Source of the DNA: Alphaproteobacteria bacterium
Lineage (GTDB): Bacteria > Pseudomonadota > Alphaproteobacteria > UBA828
Assembly: GCA_963667785.2 (NCBI GenBank)
Contig: CAXXMU010000002.1
Location: forward strand, 384,001-448,000
Length of the DNA: 64,000 nucleotides
Direction: 5' to 3'
A program made the translations under genes and the position numbers. Shown piece after piece: positions 56,401 to 64,000 of this stretch (position 1 is the first letter of the stretch; each line of letters starts with the position of its first letter). A model generated the notes under the pieces. That model made no database searches and was not told the origin of the DNA. It saw only the letters and a program-made list of their open reading frames with translations.

Positions 56401-56643
56401 CGTGTGCGCGTGGCCGGCGGCACGGTCACGTCGGTGCACCGTCCGCTGCGAGCCGACGTCGAAGATCATGCGCCAGAAGCCGCGCCAGGGGCGGACCGGA
56501 ACCGGGCTCCGGCGCGCGCGGGCGTAGCGCCAGACATGCCAGCCGACGCCTGCCGCCGCCACCGCCATTGCGGCACCCGCCACCACGAAGAAGAGGGTGT
56601 GGCCTAGGGAGGTGATCTCCCAGAAGAGCTCGCGGGTTTCCAC
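53473..56643 (-). CDS. Membrane Fe-S oxidoreductase (FadF/EtfD/EMO-like: TM domain, 2x[4Fe-4S], CCG domains) fused to ETF beta subunit
   Basis: N-terminal TM helices with His residues; CTKCGRCHEACP and CRSCGACMEICP; HDPCHLGR, CCGAGGG; then VLVAVKRV, LNEWD, ALAKGA, GAQSAD, RELEGG, PRY (EtfB), all in one frame. Confidence 0.9.
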   Translation of the reverse strand: METRELFWEITSLGHTLFFVVAGAAMAVAAAGVGWHVWRYARARRSPVPVRPWRGFWRMIFDVGSQRTVHRRDRAAGHAHTPIMYGFLLLLAATSIITVEYDISEPFFGFTFWHGTFYLVFSLIADLAGLGLIAGCVYMMWRRWKVRPAKLAYRRDYRGETEERPRARAWLRDDALFLWALLLIALTGFLQEGVRLAMDQPAWGAWSPVGWVLAQIFLGLGMDEAAAAAVRRANWWIHGIAALAFIAAIPWTKAKHLIAVLGSLSTRDANALSRLPMPRPESAGAAAAVDGNDVEPEVGFGSIAQFSWKDLLNLDACTKCGRCHEACPATASGAPLSPRDLILDLRTHAARSAFRPGEDAGLSLIGDVIEAETLWSCRSCGACMEICPVGIEHPPMIVQMRRRLVEDGTMEQQLRDTLDMIANRGNSFGESPRTRAGWTAALEFPVKDIREEPADHLWFVGDYASYDPRNQEVSRTVARLFRVAGLDFGLLHEAERTAGNDVRRVGEEGLFESLAEHNLGAMAEAKQFDAIVTTDPHSYNTIRNEYPDFGDVAPIRHYTSVLAELLESGRLTVTKPLGRRVTLHDPCHLGRLNGHYDEPRRVLELIGCELVDMPRCRDNSFCCGAGGGRIWMPDPVGKEKPAENRMHEAASLGNLDAFVVCCPKDMTMFEDARKTSGHESDFVVQDLAELVAEAIDLKSIDLKEVPALVDRIADAAAARIADAVAERLADRLADAVADRVAQDLSERAPALAAAPQPAAREAPAAEAGPETPAADAGPWRPAPVGAATLPPYEVPAKDGPRVLVAVKRVGELNADFVIDEEARTIADEHFEHELNEWDEAALEEALLLTEKLGAGEVVAVTIGPEDVEDTLRRALAKGAHRGVRVWDETLRDADPVTVARVLAGVAEQEAPDIIMTGAQSADLGHGATGSALARVLGVPHAAVVLGIDWDGGETMTVTRELEGGMRQQLALPAPALLTIQTGGNTPRYATMRMIKQAKKKPVAVVDGAGVGLDQAGAVVRRLYEPPKSGRAAMIEGDAAAVAAAIAGIIREKRGEA

Positions 56644-56667
56644 GCGATCACCGGACCGGTTCGGCTC

Positions 56668-57375
56668 CTAGCCGCCGAGATACACCTTGCGGACATGCTC
56701 GTCTTCGTGAATCCGCTGCGCCTCGCCCTCGAGGGCGACGCGGCCGGTCTCGAGCACGTAGGCGTAGCGCGCGAGCTTGAGCGCCAGTTCGGCATTCTGC
56801 TCGACCAGCACGACGGGCACACCGCGGGAGTTGATGTCGACGATGATCTTCGCGATCTCCTGCACCATCACCGGCGAAAGGCCGAGGGAGGGCTCGTCGA
56901 GCAGCAGCAGCTTCGGGCGCGCCATGAGAGCGCGGCCGATCGCCAGCATCTGCTGCTCGCCGCCGGAGAGGGTCTTGCCGTACTGGGTGCGCCGCTCCCT
57001 GAGGCGCGGAAAGCGCTCGTAGACTTTCTCGAGGTCCTGCCTGATCGCGCTCTTGTCGCGCCTGAGGAAGGCGCCCGTGTTCAGGTTCTCGTAGACGGTG
57101 AGCTCGGGGAAGACATGGCGGCCTTCGGGCACGTGGGCGATGCCGAGCTTGACCACCTCGTCCGGCTGCAGCGTGTCGATGCGCGTGCCGTCGAACCAGA
57201 TCTCGCCCGCACTGGCGCGGACCAGGCCCGAGACCGTGCGCAGCGTCGTGCTCTTGCCGGCGCCGTTGGCCCCGATCAGGGTCACGATGTCGCCCTCGCC
57301 GACCTCCATCGAGACCCCGCGCAGCGCCGTCACCTTGTTGTAGTGGACGGTGAGAGACTTGATCTCGAACAGCAT
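56668..57375 (-). CDS. livF: Branched-chain amino acid-type ABC transporter ATPase (LivF-like)
   Basis: GANGAGKST, VPEGRHVF, LSGGEQQM, LLDEPSLGL, VEQN. Confidence 0.92.
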   Translation of the reverse strand: MLFEIKSLTVHYNKVTALRGVSMEVGEGDIVTLIGANGAGKSTTLRTVSGLVRASAGEIWFDGTRIDTLQPDEVVKLGIAHVPEGRHVFPELTVYENLNTGAFLRRDKSAIRQDLEKVYERFPRLRERRTQYGKTLSGGEQQMLAIGRALMARPKLLLLDEPSLGLSPVMVQEIAKIIVDINSRGVPVVLVEQNAELALKLARYAYVLETGRVALEGEAQRIHEDEHVRKVYLGG

Positions 57376-58128
57376 TCAGGCGGTTCCCAGATAGGCTTCG
57401 ATCACGGCCGGGTCGGCGCGAATCTCGGCGGGCGTTCCCTCCGCCAGCAGCTCGCCGAAGCTCAGCACCGTGATCTGGTCGCAGAGCCCCATCACCGCCT
57501 GCATGTCGTGCTCCACCAGGAGGATGGTGACTCCCTGGCCGCGCACCCGCTCGACCAGCTCCATCATCCGCCGCGTCTCTTCGGGATTCATGCCGGTGAA
57601 CGGCTCGTCCAGCAGTATCAGCTTCGGCTCGGCGGCGAGAGCCACGGCGATGCCGAGGGCACGCTGATGGCCGTGCGGCAGGTTGACGGTCTCGTCGTCG
57701 CGCCGGTCGTCCAGGCCCATGAACTCGAGGATTTCCCCGGCCCGTTCCGCCGTCTGCTGTTCGGCCCGCCGGCTGGTGCCGAGCAGCGCGCTGATCGGCC
57801 CCACGCCGGATCGCAGGTGGCAGCCGACGAGCACGTTCTCGAAGACGGAGAGCTCCTGGAAGAGGGTCGTCGCCTGAAACGTGCGGACGACGCCGCGCGC
57901 CGCGATCCGGCTCGGGCGCAGGCCGGAGATCCGGCGGCCGCCGAAGACAATCTCGCCCGCGGTCGGCTTGTAGAACCCGCTGATGACGTTGAAGGTCGTC
58001 GTCTTGCCGGCGCCGTTGGGGCCGATCAGTCCGTGAATCCTGGCCTCCTCGACGGTGAAGGAGAGGCCGTTCACGGCGGCGAGGCCGCCGAAATGGCGAG
58101 ACAATTCGCGAACTTCGAGCAGGCTCAT
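57376..58128 (-). CDS. livG: Branched-chain amino acid-type ABC transporter ATPase (LivG-like)
   Basis: FGGLAAV, GPNGAGKTT, RTFQ, LPHG, LLDEP, VEHDM, VIEAYLG; alternative ATG at 58140. Confidence 0.92.
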   Translation of the reverse strand: MSLLEVRELSRHFGGLAAVNGLSFTVEEARIHGLIGPNGAGKTTTFNVISGFYKPTAGEIVFGGRRISGLRPSRIAARGVVRTFQATTLFQELSVFENVLVGCHLRSGVGPISALLGTSRRAEQQTAERAGEILEFMGLDDRRDDETVNLPHGHQRALGIAVALAAEPKLILLDEPFTGMNPEETRRMMELVERVRGQGVTILLVEHDMQAVMGLCDQITVLSFGELLAEGTPAEIRADPAVIEAYLGTA

Positions 58129-58224
58129 CGGCGCTGCCATCCCTGGGACCCGCGGCGGTGCCGCCCGGCGAATCCTAGTCGCGCGCAGCGGCCGGCGCCA
58201 GAGCGGATCGTCGACGACACGGAC

Positions 58225-59424
58225 TCAGGCCGCTGCGGCATGAAGCGCCTGCTCCAGATCGGCCCAGAGGTCGGACTCCGCCTCGAGCCCGACCGAGAGA
58301 CGCACGAGGCCGTCGCCGATTCCCAGCGCGGTGCGGGCGTCGGCGCCGATCTTCTGATGGGTGGTGCTGGCCGGATGGGTGGCGAGGCTCTTGGCGTCGC
58401 CCAGATTGTTCGAGATGTCGATCAGCGCGAGCGAATCGAGAAAGCGGAAAGCCGCCTCCCTGCCGCCCAGGAGGTCGAGCGCCAGCACGCTGCCGCCCCG
58501 GCTCATCTGTCGTGCGGCGAGCGCGTGCTGAGGATGGCTGGGCAGCCCCGGATAGTGGACGGCGGCAAGCGCCGGGTGACGTTCGAGCACGGCGGCGAGT
58601 CGCGTCGCCGTCTCGCACATGCGGGCCGTCCTGAGCTCCAGCGTCTCCAGCCCCTTGAGCATCACCCAGGCGTTGAAGGGGCTCATGACGGGACCCGTGG
58701 TGCGCATGAAGGGCACCAGCTCGCTCGCGACGAAATCCTCGCTGCCCAGGACGGCGCCGCCGAGGCAGCGGCCCTGGCCGTCGACATGCTTGGTGGTCGA
58801 GTAGATGACGATGTCGGCGCCGTGGGCGAGGGGGCGCTGCACCAGCGGCATGCCGAGCACGTTGTCGACGATGACGTGGGCGCCCACCGCGTGCGCCAGT
58901 GCCGAGACCGCGGCGATGTCGACGATGGCCATGGTCGGGTTGCCGGGACTCTCGATGAAGACGCAACGGGTCTCGGGCCTGAGCGCCCGCTCCCAGGCGT
59001 CGAGGTCCGTGCCGTCCACGAGGTCGGTCTCGATCCCATAGCGCGGCAGCAACTGGTCGATCATCACGTGGCAGGCGCCGAACATGACGCGGGAGGCGAC
59101 GACATGATCGCCGGCGCGCAACTGGCTCATGAGAGCCGCGAAGAGCGCCGCCATGCCGGTCGCGGTCGCCCGGCACGCGTCGGCGCCCTCGATCAGCGCG
59201 AGCCGCTCCTCGAACATGGTGACGGTCGGGTTGCCGAAGCGGCCGTAGACGTAGCCCTCCTCCTCGTCCGCCGTCCGCGCATCGCCCTGGGCCGCGCTGT
59301 CGTAGACGAAGCCCGAGGTCAGATAGAGGGCCTCGCTCGTCTCTCCGTGCTGCGAGCGCTCGCTCCCGCCACGCACCAGTTGGGTGGCGGGTGCCCACGC
59401 TCGCTCGCGTTCCTTCCTCCCCAT
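58225..59424 (-). CDS. metZ: O-succinylhomoserine sulfhydrylase
   Basis: ETSEALYLTSGFVY, YGRFGNPT, TGMAA, YSTTKHVDGQGR, ISNNLGDAKSL; upstream SAM-II riboswitch. Confidence 0.94.
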   Translation of the reverse strand: MGRKERERAWAPATQLVRGGSERSQHGETSEALYLTSGFVYDSAAQGDARTADEEEGYVYGRFGNPTVTMFEERLALIEGADACRATATGMAALFAALMSQLRAGDHVVASRVMFGACHVMIDQLLPRYGIETDLVDGTDLDAWERALRPETRCVFIESPGNPTMAIVDIAAVSALAHAVGAHVIVDNVLGMPLVQRPLAHGADIVIYSTTKHVDGQGRCLGGAVLGSEDFVASELVPFMRTTGPVMSPFNAWVMLKGLETLELRTARMCETATRLAAVLERHPALAAVHYPGLPSHPQHALAARQMSRGGSVLALDLLGGREAAFRFLDSLALIDISNNLGDAKSLATHPASTTHQKIGADARTALGIGDGLVRLSVGLEAESDLWADLEQALHAAAA

Positions 59425-59426
59425 AC

Positions 59427-59456
59427 GCAAAAACCCCGGCCGCGCTGGCCGGGGTC
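59427..59456 (-). terminator. Intrinsic terminator (expression platform) between the SAM-II aptamer and metZ
   Basis: Minus strand GACCCCGGCC-AGCGC-GGCCGGGG-TTTTTG. Confidence 0.75.
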
Positions 59457-59465
59457 CCTCCCATC

Positions 59466-59525
59466 GACCTTTTAGCGCGCATGTTTAGCGTGGCCGCAAG
59501 CCGGTCGCTCAAATCGCCACGTCGA
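59466..59525 (-). promoter_or_regulatory. SAM-II (SAM_alpha) riboswitch
   Basis: Minus strand CGTGGCGATTTGAGCGACCGGCTTGCGGCCACGCTAAACATGCGCGCTAAAAGG, matching the SAM_alpha pattern; upstream of metZ. Confidence 0.88.
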
Positions 59526-59728
59526 TCGACCAGAGACCACGGCTCGGCGCGCGCGTCAAGCGTCCGGCTCTTACCACTTCACCGGGAAACGGGGCGGGAG
59601 GGTCCTGCGCCTTGGCGCGACATGGCGCGCGCCCTATCATGCCGGATGGCGGCGCGCCTCAGCGCGGCGGCCGTAGCGCTGCCGTTGCAGGCCGGTGCAG
59701 GCGGGTCGCCTCACGCAGGGAGGAGCCG

Positions 59729-60676
59729 ATGTCGAGGCAGATCACCGTCGCCGCAGCACAGATGGGGCCGGTCCAGCGCACTGATGCGCGCACCCAGGTG
59801 GTCGACCGGCTGATCGCGATGCTCAACCAGGCGCACGCCGCCGGCGCCACGCTGGTGGTGTTCCCGGAGCTCGCGCTGACGACCTTCTTCCCGCGCTGGG
59901 TCATCGACGATCCGGAAGAGCTCGATAGCTACTTCGAGACCGAGATGCCGAACAACGAGACCCAGCCGCTGTTCGCGGCGGCTGCGGAGCTCGGGGTCGG
60001 CTTTCATCTCGGCTACGCGGAAATGGCCACCCAGGACGATGGCTCCAAGCGCTACTTCAACACGGCCATCCTGGTCGATCGCGAGGGCAGGATCGCGGGC
60101 AAGTATCGCAAGGTCCATATCCCCGGCCATGCCGAGCCGCAGCCCGGCCAGCCTCATCAGCATCTTGAGAAGCGCTACTTCGAGCCCGGCGACCTCGGCT
60201 TTCCCGTGTTCCGCGCCATGGACGGCGTGATGGGGATGTGCATCTGCAACGACCGTCGCTGGCCCGAGACCTACCGGGTCATGGGCCTGCAGGGCGTCGA
60301 GCTCGTCATGCTCGGCTACAACACGCCGAGCACCAATCCCTTCGCCAAGGGCGTGGAGGCGCCCCATCTCGGCATGTTCCACAACCACCTCTCCATGCAG
60401 GCCGGCGCCTATCAGAACGGCACATGGGTGGTGGCGGCAGCCAAGGCCGGCATGGAGGAGGGGATTCACCACATGGGCGGGAGCTGCATCATCGCGCCCA
60501 CCGGGGAAATCGTGGCCCTGGCCCAGGGCGAGGGTGACGAGGTGATTGCCGCGCCGGTCGATCTGGAGCGCGGCACCTATATCCGCGAGACCATCTTCGA
60601 CTTCGCCGCCCACCGGCGGATCGAGCACTACGGCCTCATCAGCAGTCGCACCGGCGCGGAGCCGCCGCCCGCCTGA
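59729..60676 (+). CDS. N-carbamoyl-D-amino acid amidohydrolase (nitrilase superfamily)
   Basis: FPELALTTFFPRW, YRKVHIPGH, QHLEKRYF, ICNDRRWPE, QAGAYQN; GGAGG RBS. Confidence 0.92.
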   Translation: MSRQITVAAAQMGPVQRTDARTQVVDRLIAMLNQAHAAGATLVVFPELALTTFFPRWVIDDPEELDSYFETEMPNNETQPLFAAAAELGVGFHLGYAEMATQDDGSKRYFNTAILVDREGRIAGKYRKVHIPGHAEPQPGQPHQHLEKRYFEPGDLGFPVFRAMDGVMGMCICNDRRWPETYRVMGLQGVELVMLGYNTPSTNPFAKGVEAPHLGMFHNHLSMQAGAYQNGTWVVAAAKAGMEEGIHHMGGSCIIAPTGEIVALAQGEGDEVIAAPVDLERGTYIRETIFDFAAHRRIEHYGLISSRTGAEPPPA

Positions 60677-60718
60677 GGAGAGCGCCGGCGCGCCGGCGGG
60701 CGCCCGCGCGCCCCCCGC

Positions 60719-61690
60719 TCAGACGGTGAGGACGATCTTGCCGAAGTGCGAATTGGCGCGCATGTGAGCCTGGGCTTCTGCCGCCTGCTCGAGCGGGAAG
60801 GTGCGGTCGATGGGCAGGCTCAGCGCGCCGCTCTCCACCGCCTCCCAGATGTCGGCGCGCATGGCGGCGTTGATGGCGCGCACCTCCTCGATGCTGCGGG
60901 TGCGGAAGGTCACGCCGATGTAGGCGATCCGCTTCAGCGCGTGCAGGTCGAAGTCGAACTCGGCGCTGAAGCCGCCGAGGCGGCCGACGTTGACGATCCG
61001 CCCCAGCACAGCGGCCGCCTGCATGGTCTGGTTGGCGAGGCTGCCGGAGACCTGGTCGATGGTGAGGTCCACGCCCCTGCCGCCGGTGGCGTCGCGCGCC
61101 TGCTCCACCCAGGCCGGATCGCCGGGGTCGAGCGCAAGGTCCGCGCCGAACTCCGTGAGCCGGGTGCGCCGGTCCGCGTCGCGCGAGGTAGCGAGAATCG
61201 TGCCGGCGCCCTTGAGGCGGGCGATCTGGATCGCCATGAGCCCGACGCCGGAGCTCGCGCCCTGGATCAGCACCGATTCGCCCGCCGCGAGCCGGCCGTT
61301 GGTGACCAGCGCGTCGTGCATGGTCTGGAGCGCGATCGGCAGCGTCGCGGCCTCCACCGGGCCGGGGGCAGCGCGGGGCAGGGGGCACACCCGGCCCCAG
61401 TCGGTGACGGCGTACTCGGCGTAGCCGCCGGCGCCCGAGCACATCACCCTATCGCCCGGCCGGAACTCCGGCACCTCGGCGCCGACCTCGGCGACTTCGC
61501 CGGCCCATTCGAGCCCGGCGACCGCACCGGCGCCGCCGAGCGCTCCATGGGGCCGGCCTGCCGCCATGATCAGGTCCGCCCGGTTCAGCCCGCTGGCCGC
61601 GACCTTGACCAGAACCTCGTTGGGCTTGGGTTCGGGCACGGGCACCTCGCGCAGCGCGAGCCCCTCGCCGGTCAGCACCACCGCCTTCAT
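60719..61690 (-). CDS. MDR-family NAD(P)H:quinone oxidoreductase-like protein
   Basis: GLNRAD, GLEWAG, GGYAEY, QGASSGVG, HFGKIVL. Confidence 0.9.
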   Translation of the reverse strand: MKAVVLTGEGLALREVPVPEPKPNEVLVKVAASGLNRADLIMAAGRPHGALGGAGAVAGLEWAGEVAEVGAEVPEFRPGDRVMCSGAGGYAEYAVTDWGRVCPLPRAAPGPVEAATLPIALQTMHDALVTNGRLAAGESVLIQGASSGVGLMAIQIARLKGAGTILATSRDADRRTRLTEFGADLALDPGDPAWVEQARDATGGRGVDLTIDQVSGSLANQTMQAAAVLGRIVNVGRLGGFSAEFDFDLHALKRIAYIGVTFRTRSIEEVRAINAAMRADIWEAVESGALSLPIDRTFPLEQAAEAQAHMRANSHFGKIVLTV

Positions 61691-61958
61691 GCGCCGTCTC
61701 CCCTCAGGTGGTCATCCTCATTGCGCGGCCCCTCATGCCCCGAGCCGTCGCAATGCGCAACGGGCGTCCGCCGGTCCATGCCGTTGCGGCGGGCGGGCCG
61801 GCGCGCCGCTCACCCTGCCGTGCCGGGCGCGTTGTGATGCCACGATGACAGTGCCGTGACCGTTGACGACGTGCATCGGCATGCCCACACTTCCCCCGTC
61901 GAGTCGCTACTCGCACGCGTTCAGAATCCTTGCACCGAGAGCGAAAGGGGGGCGAGCA

Positions 61959-62234
61959 ATGAACAAGGCTGAGCTCATCAAGGCTGTTGCAAGCAGCGCC
62001 GGCATCTCCAGCGCCGATGCCTCGCGCGCGGTGGACGGCGTGTTCGACACCATCACGGATACGCTTCGCAGCGGCTCCGATGTCCGGCTGGCGGGATTCG
62101 GTTCGTTCAGCGTCGCGCACCGCAAGGCCACGAGCGGACGCAACCCGCGCACCGGCGAAGCCATCTCGATTCCCGCCTCGAGGCAGCCCAAGTTCAAGGC
62201 CGGCAAGTCCCTCAAGGACGCGGTCAACTCCTGA
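61959..62234 (+). CDS. hupB: DNA-binding protein HU
   Basis: MNKAELI, GFGSF, GRNPRTGE, PKFKAGKSLKDAVN. Confidence 0.96.
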   Translation: MNKAELIKAVASSAGISSADASRAVDGVFDTITDTLRSGSDVRLAGFGSFSVAHRKATSGRNPRTGEAISIPASRQPKFKAGKSLKDAVNS

Positions 62235-62360
62235 CCGCCGCTGCCACCGGCCGGCGCGGCGCCCTGCGTCGCGCCCTCCACCGGCGCCGCACACCCGGCC
62301 GGGGACGCCCCTGTCCGCATGCGCAGGCGGCGTCGGGCAGGGCAGGAACGGTACAGGCGC

Positions 62361-62436
62361 GGGCGGTTAGCTCAGTCGGGAGAGCGCTTGGTTTACACCC
62401 AAGAGGTCGGCGGTTCGAGCCCGTCACCGCCCACCA
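62361..62436 (+). tRNA. tRNA-Val (TAC)
   Basis: GGGCGGTTAGCTCAG, CTTGG-TTTACAC-CCAAG, GGTTCGAGC, CCGCCCACCA; 76 nt. Confidence 0.97.
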
Positions 62437-62547
62437 GGCGCCCGCCGGGCGCCATCCGTACCCCGCGCGAGACGCCGGCGCCATGACCGTACGCCGGCCG
62501 TCGTGCTGCCTGCGTTCCCTCTCCCTTGCGGGGCGCGGCCAAGCGGC

Positions 62548-62576
62548 TTGACCCCGCCGGACCCCTGCTCTACATG
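62548..62576 (+). promoter_or_regulatory. Putative sigma70 promoter upstream of tRNA-Asp
   Basis: TTGACC-N17-TACATG. Confidence 0.45.
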
Positions 62577-62616
62577 GGGACGGCCGGCGCGGCGATGGCA
62601 CGCCGCCGGATCCGTC

Positions 62617-62695
62617 GGGGGTGTAGCTCAGCCTGGTTTAGAGCGCCGGCCTGTCACGCCGGAGGTCGCGGGTTCGAGTCCCGTCACTCCCGCCA
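62617..62695 (+). tRNA. tRNA-Asp (GTC)
   Basis: GGGGGTGTAGCTCAG, CCGGC-CTGTCAC-GCCGG, GGTTCGAGTCC, CACTCCCGCCA. Confidence 0.96.
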
Positions 62696-62866
62696 TTTCC
62701 CTGGTGCGCTGATTTCGGAGCCGGGACCGCAGGGGCTGCAACGGAGTGCCGATTTGATGCAGGGTTCGGGCTTCGGGTGCCGCCGGTGGGGGCTCTGGCG
62801 AGGGCACCGCAGGGACGACGCGCGCAGCGTGCCGGTCGCGCCCGCCGGGCGGATGGGCTGAGGCCG

Positions 62867-63241
62867 ATGACCGCGTCGACGTCGCTCCTCCTCGAGTATC
62901 TTCCCATCGTCATCTTCCTCGGCATCGCCGGCGTGATGGCCATAGCCGCTATCGCGGGCTCCTACATCCTCGCGCCGCAGCGGCCCGATCGGGACAAGAT
63001 CACCGCCTACGAGTGCGGCTTCGACGCCTTCGAGGATGCGCGCGGCCGCTTCGACGTGCGCTTCTATCTGGTGGCGATCCTCTTCATCATCTTCGATCTG
63101 GAGGTCGCCTTCCTGTTTCCGTGGGCCGTCTCGTTCAGCGAGATCGGGCTCTACGGCTTCTGGTCGATGGTCGTCTTCCTCGGGCTCCTCACCATCGGCT
63201 TCGTCTACGAGTGGAAGAAGGGTGCTCTGGAATGGGAGTAG
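62867..63241 (+). CDS. nuoA: NADH-quinone oxidoreductase subunit A
   Basis: [30 protein letters not shown]. Confidence 0.97.
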   Translation: MTASTSLLLEYLPIVIFLGIAGVMAIAAIAGSYILAPQRPDRDKITAYECGFDAFEDARGRFDVRFYLVAILFIIFDLEVAFLFPWAVSFSEIGLYGFWSMVVFLGLLTIGFVYEWKKGALEWE

Positions 63242-63786
63242 GGACCACGACCGTCGGCCTGCCGGGTAAGCCGCTGCCGGCAGGCGCCGCCCAGGACCAG
63301 GCACTCTCGCTCGTCACCGACGAGCTGAACGACAAGGGCTTCGTCGTCGCCCAGCTCGACAGCATCATCAACTGGGCGCGCACCGGCTCGCTCTGGCCAA
63401 TGACCTTCGGCCTGGCCTGCTGCGCGGTCGAGTTCATGCAGACCATCGCCTCGCGCTACGACATCGACCGGATCGGCATGGTGCCGCGCGCGAGCCCGCG
63501 CCAGTCGGACGTGATGATCGTGGCCGGCACGCTCTGCAACAAGATGGCGCCCGCGTTCCGCCGGGTCTACGACCAGATGCCCGAGCCCCGCTACGTCATC
63601 TCGATGGGAAGCTGCGCCAACGGCGGCGGCTACTATCACTATTCCTATTCGGTCGTGCGCGGCTGCGACCGCGTCGTCCCTGTCGACGTCTACGTTCCCG
63701 GCTGTCCGCCCACGGCCGAGGCGCTGCTCTACGGCATCATGCAATTGCAGCGGAAGATCAGGCGCACGGGGACCATCGCGCGCTGA
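63232..63786 (+). CDS. nuoB: NADH-quinone oxidoreductase subunit B
   Basis: [32 protein letters not shown]. Confidence 0.97.
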   Translation: MGVGTTTVGLPGKPLPAGAAQDQALSLVTDELNDKGFVVAQLDSIINWARTGSLWPMTFGLACCAVEFMQTIASRYDIDRIGMVPRASPRQSDVMIVAGTLCNKMAPAFRRVYDQMPEPRYVISMGSCANGGGYYHYSYSVVRGCDRVVPVDVYVPGCPPTAEALLYGIMQLQRKIRRTGTIAR

Positions 63787-63815
63787 CGCGCGGGTTGAGC
63801 GGAGCGGGCGAGGGG

Positions 63816-64000
63816 ATGGATACGGCCGGCCTGCGCGATCTCGGCGAGCACGTGGCGACGAGTCTCAGCGACTACGTGTTCGCGGCCGAGGTTCGGCGCG
63901 ACGAGCTTGCGGTCGATGCGCGCGCCGATCAGGTGGTGCGGGTTCTCAAGTTCCTGAAGGACGACCCGCGCTGCCGCTTCGAGCAGCTCATCGACCTCTG
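63816..64000 (+). CDS. nuoC: NADH-quinone oxidoreductase subunit C (3' truncated by window)
   Basis: MDTAGLRDLGEH...VLKFLKDDPRCRFEQLIDL following nuoB. Confidence 0.9.
   Translation, partial: MDTAGLRDLGEHVATSLSDYVFAAEVRRDELAVDARADQVVRVLKFLKDDPRCRFEQLIDL

Overview
High-GC alphaproteobacterial (Rhodospirillales-like) chromosome segment. Core blocks are aroA-cmk-rpsA-sppA-ihfB-lapA-trpFBA-accD-folC/trxA, gpsA/tsaD, hemCD-mic60-hemY, htpG, helicase-hslR-terB-fdxA-carD and hupB-tRNAs-nuoABC, plus six tRNAs. These alternate with accessory catabolic genes: three hydantoinase/oxoprolinase subunits, a cyclase, pyc, an LVIVD protein, an FHMPC-dehydrogenase-like enzyme, a cupin dioxygenase, BKACE, 2OG-Fe(II) oxygenases, a Rieske oxygenase and a D-carbamoylase. 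The main observations are: (1) a compact SAM-I riboswitch, atypical for Alphaproteobacteria, ahead of a short Cys-containing ORF, a single-Cys OsmC-like protein and a flavin monooxygenase, while metZ has a canonical SAM-II switch; (2) a membrane Fe-S/CCG oxidoreductase fused in frame to EtfB; (3) a candidate pyridine/N-heterocycle degradation operon; (4) two copies of a ~165-175 bp palindromic intergenic element that overlap TAG stops; (5) a 10-bp-phased GNGGGA array upstream of trxA; (6) a pseudo-metallophosphoesterase and a CarD with a histone-like tail. I saw no CRISPR array, integrase or transposase. All family calls come from motif recognition by eye; no database searches were run.
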